Source: a virus
Taxonomy: Duplodnaviria; Caudoviricetes
IMG/VR virus record: IMGVR_UViG_3300028920_000133
Span: 1 to 42,620 of that record
Direction: 5' to 3' (one strand)
Length of the DNA: 42,620 nt
Position 1 is the first letter of the stretch, and the number at the start of each line of letters is the position of its first letter. Of the stretch, positions 29,619 through 36,988 are shown piece by piece. A program made the translations under genes and the position numbers. The notes under the pieces were generated by a model. The model was not told the DNA's origin and did not search any database. It was given only the letters and a program-made list of their open reading frames with translations.

Positions 29619-30323
29619 TTACTCTCCCCTCGCAACTGCGCTAGCCTGTTTATATTTCGACCCGTGCGCCTCCAGCCCGACGACAAACGTCCGGTCCCGG
29701 CGGGCGCAGAGACCGCAGGTCTCGCACGTTACCTCGCCCGCCTTGGCGGGACACATCACGACCTTGTGACCGTCGGGAGTCCGGTGATTTTTCTTGGTTC
29801 CCTTTGGAACCACTACGGCAACCGGCCCGATGCCGAGAGCCACCAGCTTGTCCGCATGGGCAAGGTTGTTCGCGCTGAGGTTCACGGTGAACCCGTTGTC
29901 GTTGGCGAACTTGATCAGTTGTCGGTTCGACTCGGCTACGCCGGGGAGGTCGGTATCCTCATCCAGCACAGGCTTGTGTGTGTAGGTAAACCCTCTGCGC
30001 CCACGGTTAGCCTCCACCTTCCGGCGAAACATTTCCGGGTTGATCACGTCGCCCTCGCCGGGTTGGTCGCCCACCATGCAGTCGCGCCACACGGTGCCCT
30101 CAGGCATGCACGTGATACCCTGGAGGAACTCATCGTAGGGCAACCCCCTGCGCCCAGCGGTTACCTCGTACCAGTGCATGTTACAGGGGAAATTCTCCCC
30201 GAAGCATCCGTTCCCCTTGAACGGACAGGCGGGCGGGCAGGTCGATTCGGGCGACGTGGTTCGGTGGATCGCGCCCAGTTTTTTGTGCTTTGTGGCGGGC
30301 GAGATGTGGTATAGCTCGGGCAC
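29619..30323 (-). CDS. Cys-rich phage protein (Gp88/DUF7227-like, probable Fe-S binding)
   Basis: TCPPACPFKGNGC, GFTYTH, GFTVNLSAN, CPA...C..C.LC and AHG; GGAGG plus GTG start. Confidence 0.7.
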   Translation of the reverse strand: MPELYHISPATKHKKLGAIHRTTSPESTCPPACPFKGNGCFGENFPCNMHWYEVTAGRRGLPYDEFLQGITCMPEGTVWRDCMVGDQPGEGDVINPEMFRRKVEANRGRRGFTYTHKPVLDEDTDLPGVAESNRQLIKFANDNGFTVNLSANNLAHADKLVALGIGPVAVVVPKGTKKNHRTPDGHKVVMCPAKAGEVTCETCGLCARRDRTFVVGLEAHGSKYKQASAVARGE

Positions 30324-30355
30324 TGCTACCTCCGTTTAGTTTTGGTTTGTAGGGC

Positions 30356-30406
30356 TGTTAGTATCTCTCACCCCTTCACTACGTTCAGGGGTGAGAGATT
30401 CTAACA
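30356..30406 (-). repeat. Intergenic hairpin H3 with conserved loop
   Basis: 20-bp arms with one mismatch, TGTTAGTATCTCTCACCCCT / AGGGGTGAGAGATTCTAACA, around TCACTACGTTC. Confidence 0.92.
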
Positions 30407-30413
30407 CCTCTTT

Positions 30414-30650
30414 TCAGTCGGCCAGCCCGGCGCTTTTCCAGACGGCGGCCTTCACCTGATACCTTAGCCGGTCTCGCAGCCGCATGGTATCATAAAGCAT
30501 GCGCTTTTCATAGTCAAGCCGGGTCGGGTCGCCGGTTTCGGCTTGCCACTCCCGCGCCTCTTCAATCCTGCGCCTGCATGCACGCAGTTCGTTACTGAGG
30601 GCGAACAAGACGATACAAGCTTGCGAACGGTCCAGCGTATACTTTTCCAT
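30414..30650 (-). CDS. Hypothetical protein
   Basis: GGAGGTG RBS. Confidence 0.6.
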   Translation of the reverse strand: MEKYTLDRSQACIVLFALSNELRACRRRIEEAREWQAETGDPTRLDYEKRMLYDTMRLRDRLRYQVKAAVWKSAGLAD

Positions 30651-30661
30651 GTGCACCTCCG

Positions 30662-30892
30662 TTACTTTCGGCGCGGTCGCAGCCCAGCGGCGATCCGTGC
30701 AAGGTTATTCCCCCAGGTTTCCGGTGCATTTTCCAGATCTCGGAGCCGCTGCCCCGACTGGACACACACCCTCTTCACCTGCGACTTACTCACGGGCACG
30801 GAGCGTGGTTTGGTCTCCTCAATTTTGCTGGCAAGATTTTCGAATACCCTGCGCCATTCCTGCTGACGTTCCTTTTCGGTTTTTTTCACGGT
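30662..30892 (-). CDS. Small basic hypothetical protein
   Basis: AAGGAG RBS and GTG start (ORF track gives 30889). Confidence 0.55.
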   Translation of the reverse strand, partial: TVKKTEKERQQEWRRVFENLASKIEETKPRSVPVSKSQVKRVCVQSGQRLRDLENAPETWGNNLARIAAGLRPRRK

Positions 30893-30957
30893 GTCTCCTT
30901 TCGCACGGGTTAAGTCCCGCTTATGCTACCGCCCACACGGGGGCGGTAGGGAAAGCG

Positions 30958-31116
30958 TTACTCAGTGATCAGTTCGGTCGCCACGAATCCGGGCAGCCTA
31001 GACCACATACACTCCAGCGTTTCAATGGCGCGGTAGAAGCCGCGCACGGTCGGCTCGCCTACTTGGAGACTGACGGATTCACGGTCGGCGAAATGAATGA
31101 CGAGATATCCACGCAT
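30958..31116 (-). CDS. Small hypothetical protein (52 aa)
   Basis: Read manually (MRGYLVIHFADRES...); fills the gap between neighbours. Confidence 0.5.
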   Translation of the reverse strand: MRGYLVIHFADRESVSLQVGEPTVRGFYRAIETLECMWSRLPGFVATELITE

Positions 31117-31117
31117 G

Positions 31118-31384
31118 CTACACCCCCAGGATGTTAGTCAGAGATTTTGCGATGGTGCGGAGAGTGTTACGATGGCTGATCCGTTCGGCCATCAGTACCG
31201 CGTAGCGGTCGCGCTCTTCGAAGCTACCGTGCGCGTGGTGCTGCTTTCGCGCCGTTTCGAAAAAATCAATACAATCTTGGATTGTGTTGATCTCCCCACG
31301 GATGCACGTCAGTAACTCCGTGAGATTCGGGTTTTTCGGCAGGCTCCAGAGGTCGGGCGTGGTCGCGTCCTTTTTCGTGCGCAT
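31118..31384 (-). CDS. Hypothetical protein
   Basis: GGAG RBS. Confidence 0.6.
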   Translation of the reverse strand: MRTKKDATTPDLWSLPKNPNLTELLTCIRGEINTIQDCIDFFETARKQHHAHGSFEERDRYAVLMAERISHRNTLRTIAKSLTNILGV

Positions 31385-31387
31385 AGG

Positions 31388-31669
31388 TCACTCTCCAATC
31401 AGGTTCAGGTTCCAATCGATCATGACGTCCCCGTGAAACGACACGAAATCTTCGATCTCGTCGGTTTCCATGAGAAGATCCACCTCTTCGAAGCAGCGCA
31501 GTCGGACTTCAAAATCCCAGATCAAACCTCCCCAGTATTCCGCCCACTTGCAATGCACGGTATAATCCAGCCCGCGCTTGGTCAATTCGCCTGCGATATA
31601 TCTCGCATTATCCTCAAAGTAGGCCGTGCCTTCGGCGGTGTCAATCTTTGTCGGAAAAAATTTCGCCAT
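31388..31669 (-). CDS. Hypothetical acidic protein
   Basis: GGGAGG RBS. Confidence 0.65.
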   Translation of the reverse strand: MAKFFPTKIDTAEGTAYFEDNARYIAGELTKRGLDYTVHCKWAEYWGGLIWDFEVRLRCFEEVDLLMETDEIEDFVSFHGDVMIDWNLNLIGE

Positions 31670-32014
31670 TGTAGCCTCCCCAGCTTGTTCTCAGAACCGA
31701 CCTCACGCATGATGAATCACCATCGTAGCGTGCGCGGTTCTCAGAACACTCCGTGGTCCTGTCCTCTCTTGCCCGTTCGCTTCGCAGCGGTTCGGGACCG
31801 TTGATCAGTCGCCCGTCTGTTTATAACCCGCATGGTTCTTTCGCACCCGTGGGATTGAAAGCTATAACGTGGCACCCCAGGCTAGACTGTCGGGTAGCTC
31901 ACACCCTGTACGCGGTCTCCGCACCTACGCAAGCGCCTGTGGTTGGTTCGCCGGGCCGACGGGCCGTGCGGCGTGGTAACCTAGACTTGCAGCCTGCTAC
32001 CGCGTACTCTTCGA

Positions 32015-32026
32015 TTGTCAAAGAAC
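32015..32026 (-). promoter_or_regulatory. boxA-like antitermination site in the early operon
   Basis: The - strand reads GTTCTTTGACAA, nearly identical to the boxA before the tRNA array. Confidence 0.55.
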
Positions 32027-32089
32027 TGTTGGGTCACGAAACAAACCCCACATACGCAGCCGGTTAAGACTGCGCATGCGGGGGTGGTC

Positions 32090-32293
32090 TCAGCCCGCCT
32101 TGCGAACGGTGATCAAAACACCATCATCGTCGGAGTAGGTCACCAAGGTCGCACGGGTGAGCGTGGTTTTGATTTCGCGGATGTGGGCGCTGATGGCCTC
32201 CAAGACTTCGCCTAGCGGCGTGGTGGAATCGCATCCAAGATAATCGATGTGCTCAAATTCGCCGTCGGTGTAGGTTGCAACGATTTCGCGCAT
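32090..32293 (-). CDS. Hypothetical protein
   Basis: AAGGAG RBS before MREIVATY. Confidence 0.6.
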   Translation of the reverse strand: MREIVATYTDGEFEHIDYLGCDSTTPLGEVLEAISAHIREIKTTLTRATLVTYSDDDGVLITVRKAG

Positions 32294-32428
32294 AGGTGAC
32301 TCCTTTTCGCTTGCGGGCATGTGGTTATTTCGCTTGCGGGTGAACGAAAAACCGCCCACGTGGTGTCACCAACCTGCAATCCGCATCATGGCGGTGCCGG
32401 TTAGCGCTCTTCACGTGAGCGGTATTTG

Positions 32429-32620
32429 TCATTTCGCCTCCGCGCCGGAAGCTTCGCGGAAGTAGTCGGCGGAGATCTCCACGGCGGAGACCAGTTCTTC
32501 GCGGTATCCGCATGCGGTCCAAAGCTGCGCGACCACGTCAAGGTACCGCGCCAACTCGCCAAATTCCTCCGGCACGTTCGCCTCGCAGATGATTTCGTTC
32601 GACCAGTCCAATTTTGCCAT
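32429..32620 (-). CDS. Hypothetical protein, first gene of the - strand block
   Basis: GGGGAG RBS. Confidence 0.6.
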   Translation of the reverse strand: MAKLDWSNEIICEANVPEEFGELARYLDVVAQLWTACGYREELVSAVEISADYFREASGAEAK

Positions 32621-32628
32621 GTTTCTCC

Positions 32629-32708
32629 CCCGTTTCTCCGAGTTAGGTTGTATATATCTCTCTCACCCCTTCGGGGAGAGATATATACAACCTAACTCGG
32701 GAAACGGG
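32629..32708 (-). repeat. Long hairpin H4 (about 33-bp arms) upstream of the first early gene
   Basis: CCGAGTTAGGTTGTATATATCTCTC / GAGAGATATATACAACCTAACTCGG; shares TCTCTCACCCCTTC with H3. Confidence 0.9.
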
Positions 32709-33138
32709 TGGAGGTTACGCCGATCAGCCCGTTTTCGGCACCGGACCAACCTGTCACAAACGACCCAACCTGACTAACCTGACACACCTGACAATCCTGC
32801 CACGGCGTGCATTTTGAGCACAGCGGCACTATCCGACCAAGCATGCCCAATCGGCCACGGCGTGACCATCCGACCAAGCTTGCCCATCATGACGATCAGG
32901 TGCGAAGTCTGAGAGGTTCGCCCACAGCCCGCAGGTAGTTCTCCGCATGCCCGGAATTTGAACGCTAGCGGGCCTGAGCCTGCGCGGAATGCTACCTGCG
33001 TGGGTCAGGGTATAAACGGGCGCACATGCGGTTTAAGGGCCGTTTCTGTTCGAAATTCGCCTAACGTTAACTTTAGTTAACGTTTCGACAAATTGGGGTT
33101 GTTGCAAGATGCAACACCCTACTACGTAGGGAGTTGAA

Positions 33139-33495
33139 ATGGGGAACAAAAGGGAAAAGAGACCGCTGACGGAGATCCTACAACGGTACGGGGAAGCGAA
33201 GCTTCCAGGTTCGGAGCTGAAAGCCAAGGAACAACTAGCCGAGAACGTCTGGTCTCTCCTGACCAACGGGAAACTTTGTTTCCCGGATCACCGAGAGATT
33301 AAAGCCAGCGTGAAAGATTGGAAGGATACTGCTCAGTGGTTGTACAACCACTGTGATGGCGGCTTCCGTCCAACAGATCTCTCCGGCTCTGGACTAGAAG
33401 CGAAGCTTCAGTCCATGTCGGCAGAGGATCTTCGGTCCCGGATCTCGGCAGTCCGGTCGAAGCTGGAGCAGGAGACGGAGTCTCCTGAGGATTGA
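33139..33495 (+). CDS. Terminase small subunit-like protein (tentative)
   Basis: 118 aa; LTEIL...AQWLYNHCDG...MSAEDLRSRI resembles TerS-like proteins. First + strand gene after the divergent region. Confidence 0.45.
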   Translation: MGNKREKRPLTEILQRYGEAKLPGSELKAKEQLAENVWSLLTNGKLCFPDHREIKASVKDWKDTAQWLYNHCDGGFRPTDLSGSGLEAKLQSMSAEDLRSRISAVRSKLEQETESPED

Positions 33496-33693
33496 AGTCT
33501 GTGCACGAAGCTACGCTTTCATGCGCGGACTTTACGACGCGGTGTAAACGGAGGCGCGGCTGCGGTATAGCCGGGGGTGACGCGGTGTAGCTACCTAGGC
33601 GTAGTAGCGGAAAAGCCTCCAGCGACGAATGTCAATAACGTAATACCTGTCAGAGAAATGGCGCAAACATTTTTGGAAACTGCCTTGACGTTA

Positions 33694-33723
33694 TTGACAA
33701 TCTCATGGCGACAATGATATAAT
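33694..33723 (+). promoter_or_regulatory. Consensus sigma70 promoter for the HNH gene
   Basis: TTGACA-18 bp-TATAAT with extended TG. Confidence 0.8.
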
Positions 33724-33746
33724 TCATATAACGTCGGAGGTTTGTC

Positions 33747-34232
33747 ATGGGATACAATGAGATTGTCATGGGATACAATGAAGCGTATAGCGAACTACAG
33801 AAAGAATATGCTAGGCAGTATTACCAGAAGAACAGAGAGAAGATCAACGCAAGGAGAAGAGAGAAGTACAGGAAGGACCTGGAGGAATCCAGAAGGCTAG
33901 CAAAGAAGAGGCAGTCTGAATTCCGTAAGGCCAATCCCAAATACTACAGAAGGAAATACTACAAGAGCAAGAAGAAGCCAGACTGGGTAAAGAAACCGAT
34001 CTGGTGGAGAAAGGAATTCGTCAACCGATATAAGGAGATGGTGGGCTGTGAAGAGTGTGGCGGTAGATACAAGGGCTACGTCCTAGACCTGCACCACATC
34101 GATCCAGGGCAAAAGAGTTTCACAGTGAGCGCCTGCAACGTAAACCGTAAACATGAACTCATCAGGCAAGAGATCAAGAAGTGTGAGGTTCTCTGTGCAA
34201 ACTGTCACAGGGAACTCCACTACAACGCTTGA
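33747..34232 (+). CDS. HNH endonuclease
   Basis: CEECG...LDLHHIDP..K...EI.KC.VLCANCHRE.H with a basic N-terminus. Confidence 0.88.
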   Translation: MGYNEIVMGYNEAYSELQKEYARQYYQKNREKINARRREKYRKDLEESRRLAKKRQSEFRKANPKYYRRKYYKSKKKPDWVKKPIWWRKEFVNRYKEMVGCEECGGRYKGYVLDLHHIDPGQKSFTVSACNVNRKHELIRQEIKKCEVLCANCHRELHYNA

Positions 34233-34258
34233 CAGTAGTTGCCAGAACATGGTAGGAT
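34229..34258 (+). promoter_or_regulatory. sigma70-type promoter
   Basis: TTGACA-18 bp-TAGGAT with extended TG. Confidence 0.6.
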
Positions 34259-34267
34259 GTAATCATT

Positions 34268-34474
34268 ATGGAGAACAAGATCAACACGGCATTGCTCCAC
34301 AACGGACAGTGCTTCAACAGAATGGTCCGTGAGCTAATCAACATGACACAGGCTTCCAGGAAGAAGCTGAGCATGGAACAGGTAGTCATCATGAAGGAGA
34401 TCTACAACATTGCCAGATGCTGGAAAGATCAGATTGAAGAAGACCTAACCGATAAAAACGTTACGAAGACGTAA
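34268..34474 (+). CDS. Hypothetical protein
   Basis: 68-aa ORF just after a promoter; possibly leaderless or short-leader. Confidence 0.5.
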   Translation: MENKINTALLHNGQCFNRMVRELINMTQASRKKLSMEQVVIMKEIYNIARCWKDQIEEDLTDKNVTKT

Positions 34475-34714
34475 CATCTTGTAAAGAAGATGTAAAAGTT
34501 TTGGCTAAACCCCTAAAAAGTTGTTGACAGTCGTAGTCCAAGTATGACACAATACTAATACATGGGATGGGATGAAAAAAAACAAACACTCCCAAACATG
34601 CGTTCATTTTCAATGAACGTTTATTTTTGGAGGACACCATGACCTGAGGTCACACTGGTTGAGCTAGCTTTTAAGTATAAGGTTTTAGTGGAAACAGCTA
34701 GCGGGGGAAACAAC

Positions 34715-34939
34715 ATGTCCAGATTTTTTGTAGGCAACATTCCTTACGAGACAACACCTGAGCAACTGAGGGAAGCTCTCAGTGAGTTCAGGCCAGGGCA
34801 GATTGACATGGTACATGACAAGCTCACCGGAAGGTTCCGTGGCTACGCCTTTGTCGAAATGGATGCCGACTTTGATACCAATGAGAAAGTTGTTGTTGGA
34901 ATCAGGAACCTCTTTTTCGGACGTACCCACTTTGAATAG
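34715..34939 (+). CDS. RRM (RNP-1) RNA-binding protein
   Basis: RNP2 FFVGNI and RNP1 RGYAFVEM, with D..TGR.RG. Confidence 0.85.
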   Translation: MSRFFVGNIPYETTPEQLREALSEFRPGQIDMVHDKLTGRFRGYAFVEMDADFDTNEKVVVGIRNLFFGRTHFE

Positions 34940-35573
34940 GGAAGAGTTTGAGGCCAACTGCTGGCAGGACAACCCTGTCGAAAAGCTTTTTGACAGTGAG
35001 GAAGAACATCGCATTGTCGCTGGCTGGATTATTGCTGGTAACAGAATACAGACAGACGATCCAGAGATTATAATCCAAGCGACTGAGCCTACGACAAAGA
35101 GGTATGGCAAGAACATTGTTCTAAAGGGATCGAAGACGAAGGTTGCCATGCACGACTTTGTCTCTGGCTATCTGGATGACTTCTCCATTGCTACGGCCAG
35201 GAGGATAGAAGGCGGGGCTGTTCCACAGTTCAGGGAGATAGATGGAGAGACCATGGCTGCTAAGCTGAAGGTTGCTCACATCAATGACATCGCGAGATTC
35301 TTTTGTGATGGATCTGTTCCGCTTATTCCGGGCGTGTCCTTTGATGGTGACACCAGTGTGAAGTGTCCCATCCTCCCTTCGCTGTGTACTGAGCTGGACG
35401 AAAAACGACCTGGGTCATTCATATATCTTAGGGGTCGCCTGTTTAAAATCGTTGAGTCATACGACAAGAGGGGGCGGGGTCCATTTCCATACGCCATGAT
35501 ATCAACGTGTATGGTGATCCCTCCACAGTTTGAGAAGGTCGGTGCGATACCAATATCAATTGGTCAAATTTAG
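34881..35573 (+). CDS. Hypothetical protein (start uncertain)
   Basis: Long ORF overlapping the 3' end of the RRM gene and ending at the tRNA promoter. Confidence 0.6.
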   Translation: MRKLLLESGTSFSDVPTLNREEFEANCWQDNPVEKLFDSEEEHRIVAGWIIAGNRIQTDDPEIIIQATEPTTKRYGKNIVLKGSKTKVAMHDFVSGYLDDFSIATARRIEGGAVPQFREIDGETMAAKLKVAHINDIARFFCDGSVPLIPGVSFDGDTSVKCPILPSLCTELDEKRPGSFIYLRGRLFKIVESYDKRGRGPFPYAMISTCMVIPPQFEKVGAIPISIGQI

Positions 35574-35576
35574 TTG

Positions 35577-35645
35577 TTGACAAACTCCGCATTGTTGTGA
35601 TATATTGATTGGGTGCCTGCCAACAGGCATAGCGTTCTTTGAAAA
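35577..35645 (+). promoter_or_regulatory. tRNA-array promoter with boxB-like hairpin and boxA
   Basis: TTGACA-18 bp-TATATT, then hairpin TGCCTG-CCAA-CAGGCA, then GTTCTTTGAAAA. Confidence 0.75.
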
Positions 35646-35660
35646 CAGCGACAGTCATTA

Positions 35661-35733
35661 AGCGGGTAGGGCAGGTGCCCAGCCGGGTCTCATAAGCCCG
35701 GCTTGCAGGGATCGTTACCCTGGCCCGCATCCA
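35661..35733 (+). tRNA. tRNA-Met(CAT), initiator-like, atypical D/T loops
   Basis: CT-CAT-AA loop, 1:72 mismatch, T-loop ATCGTTA, encoded CCA. Confidence 0.7.
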
Positions 35734-35741
35734 TTATATAT

Positions 35742-35817
35742 AGCTTCGGGGTCCGTTGGATGGACGCTTGGTTGTCAGCCAAGGTCGAAGCGGGTTCGAT
35801 TCCCGTCGAAGCTGCCA
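35742..35817 (+). tRNA. tRNA-Asp(GTC)
   Basis: AGCTTCG/CGAAGCT acceptor; CTTGG-TTGTCAG-CCAAG; TTCGATT; CCA. Confidence 0.85.
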
Positions 35818-35823
35818 GTTTAT

Positions 35824-35900
35824 CTGTGTGTAGCTCAGTCTAGCAGAGCACCTGCCTTGGGAGCAGGGGGCCGTGGGTGCAAATCCTACCACACAGACCA
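35824..35900 (+). tRNA. tRNA-Pro(TGG)
   Basis: Cloverleaf; CCTGC-CTTGGGA-GCAGG; CCA. Confidence 0.9.
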
Positions 35901-35991
35901 GATCGTAGGCCGGGGAGAGCGGGGCCAGGGCGTCAACTGAGAGGGCGTTACCTGCGGTGTATTCCAATTCCTACGTGTGGCTCCGGCTTGC

Positions 35992-36065
35992 AGGGGTATG
36001 GTGTAACGGTAACATCTTCGGCTCCAACCCGAAGGATCTGCGTTCGAATCGTAGTGCCCTTGCCA
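35992..36065 (+). tRNA. tRNA-Trp(CCA)
   Basis: TTCGG-CTCCAAC-CCGAA; CCA end. Confidence 0.9.
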
Positions 36066-36180
36066 ATTTAGGTTCCACCTGACCAGCCCTGACGAAGGCG
36101 AACAGAGTGGGCGGACGACAGGTTACCCCTGAAAGAGTGTGCGCGGGCCTCGCCCCCGTGGTGGGCAAATTCTGCGCCAT

Positions 36181-36256
36181 GGGTCTGTATCTCAGTTGGT
36201 AGAGAGTCCGGCTGTTAACCGGAATGTCGTAGGTTCAACCCCTACCGGACCCGCCA
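36181..36256 (+). tRNA. tRNA-Asn(GTT)
   Basis: TCCGG-CTGTTAA-CCGGA; CCA. Confidence 0.92.
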
Positions 36257-36258
36257 AT

Positions 36259-36334
36259 GGATCAGTAGCTCAGATGGCAGAGCAGTTGGTTTACACCCAG
36301 AAGGTCGTAGGTTCGAAACCTACCTGATCCACCA
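36259..36334 (+). tRNA. tRNA-Val(TAC)
   Basis: TT-TAC-AC loop; GGATCAG/CTGATCC acceptor; CCA. Confidence 0.88.
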
Positions 36335-36419
36335 CACGTTGCTCTTCCCGGAGAGATGGCCTAGTCTTGTGCCGGATAAACAAGCAACGGCGGGGGAGCC
36401 GGGACCATCCCCCGTGACC

Positions 36420-36494
36420 GCCCCATAAGCATTTAAAGTGATGCAGTGGTCTTGTAAACCTCAGAACCGGGGGCAGTACCTGGATGGGGCTCCA
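36420..36494 (+). tRNA. tRNA-Thr(TGT), non-canonical T-loop
   Basis: GCCCCAT/ATGGGGC acceptor; CT-TGT-AA loop; T-loop GGCAGTA; CCA. Confidence 0.75.
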
Positions 36495-36506
36495 ATTAAA
36501 ACTTGT

Positions 36507-36582
36507 GCGCCTGTAACTCAGCGAACAGAGTAAGTGGCTACGAACCATTTGGTCGGAGGTTTGAATCCTCCCAGGCGCTCCA
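36507..36582 (+). tRNA. tRNA-Arg(ACG)
   Basis: CT-ACG-AA loop; GCGCCTG/CAGGCGC; CCA. Confidence 0.88.
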
Positions 36583-36585
36583 TAT

Positions 36586-36661
36586 GCGGGTATGGTGTTT
36601 AACGGCAGCATTACAGTCTTCCAAACTGACGGTCCCGGTTCGAATCCGGGTGCCCGCTCCA
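36586..36661 (+). tRNA. tRNA-Gly(TCC)
   Basis: CT-TCC-AA loop; GCGGGTA/TGCCCGC, U73, CCA. Confidence 0.9.
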
Positions 36662-36720
36662 AATAAAAGAGAAGGGAATGAGAACCTGTACACCTGAGCG
36701 AAATAAAATGTTACATGCAA

Positions 36721-36795
36721 GCTCCCGTAGCCTAGCGGAAAGGCATCTGTCTTCTAAACAGACCAACGTAGGTTCGAATCCTACCGGGAGTGCCA
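36721..36795 (+). tRNA. tRNA-Arg(TCT)
   Basis: TCTGT-CTTCTAA-ACAGA; CCA. Confidence 0.9.
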
Positions 36796-36821
36796 ATACA
36801 ATAATCCCACTGGAGAACAAG

Positions 36822-36911
36822 ATGAGCAGATGTCCATATTGCGGTAGCAAAGAGATCAAGAATCGGAAAGAGAAGAGAGTCTGTTCGACGTGTAAGGCTG
36901 TTCTAAGATAG
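36822..36911 (+). CDS. 29-aa zinc-ribbon microprotein inside the tRNA array
   Basis: GGAG RBS; MSRCPYCGS...VCSTCKAVLR. Confidence 0.55.
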   Translation: MSRCPYCGSKEIKNRKEKRVCSTCKAVLR

Positions 36912-36912
36912 C

Positions 36913-36986
36913 GGGAGTATAGTAGAGTGGCGCTACAGTAGGCTTTTAACCTTCTAACCAGGGTTCGATTCCCTGTGCTCCCACCA
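36913..36986 (+). tRNA. tRNA-Lys(TTT)
   Basis: CT-TTT-AA loop; TTCGATT; CCA. Confidence 0.85.
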
Positions 36987-36988
36987 TT

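Noticed and set aside
26112-30406. Conserved hairpins as CRISPR repeats or integron attC sites
   Set aside because: They are separated by about 2 kb of genes, with no cas or integrase in the window, and I saw no consistent RYYYAAC/GTTRRRY ends.
26112-32708. Hairpins as N4-type virion RNA polymerase promoters
   Set aside because: The GNA triloop is on the coding strand of the adjacent genes rather than the template strand, and no RNA polymerase motifs were recognised in the giant protein.
32692-32877. 61-aa Cys-rich ORF (CQDCQVCQV)
   Set aside because: It is a by-product of the 9-bp CCTGAC DNA periodicity and has no RBS.
36089-36135. Hammerhead ribozyme (CTGACGA...GAA)
   Set aside because: No stem II / GAAA / NUH arrangement with matching stems could be built.
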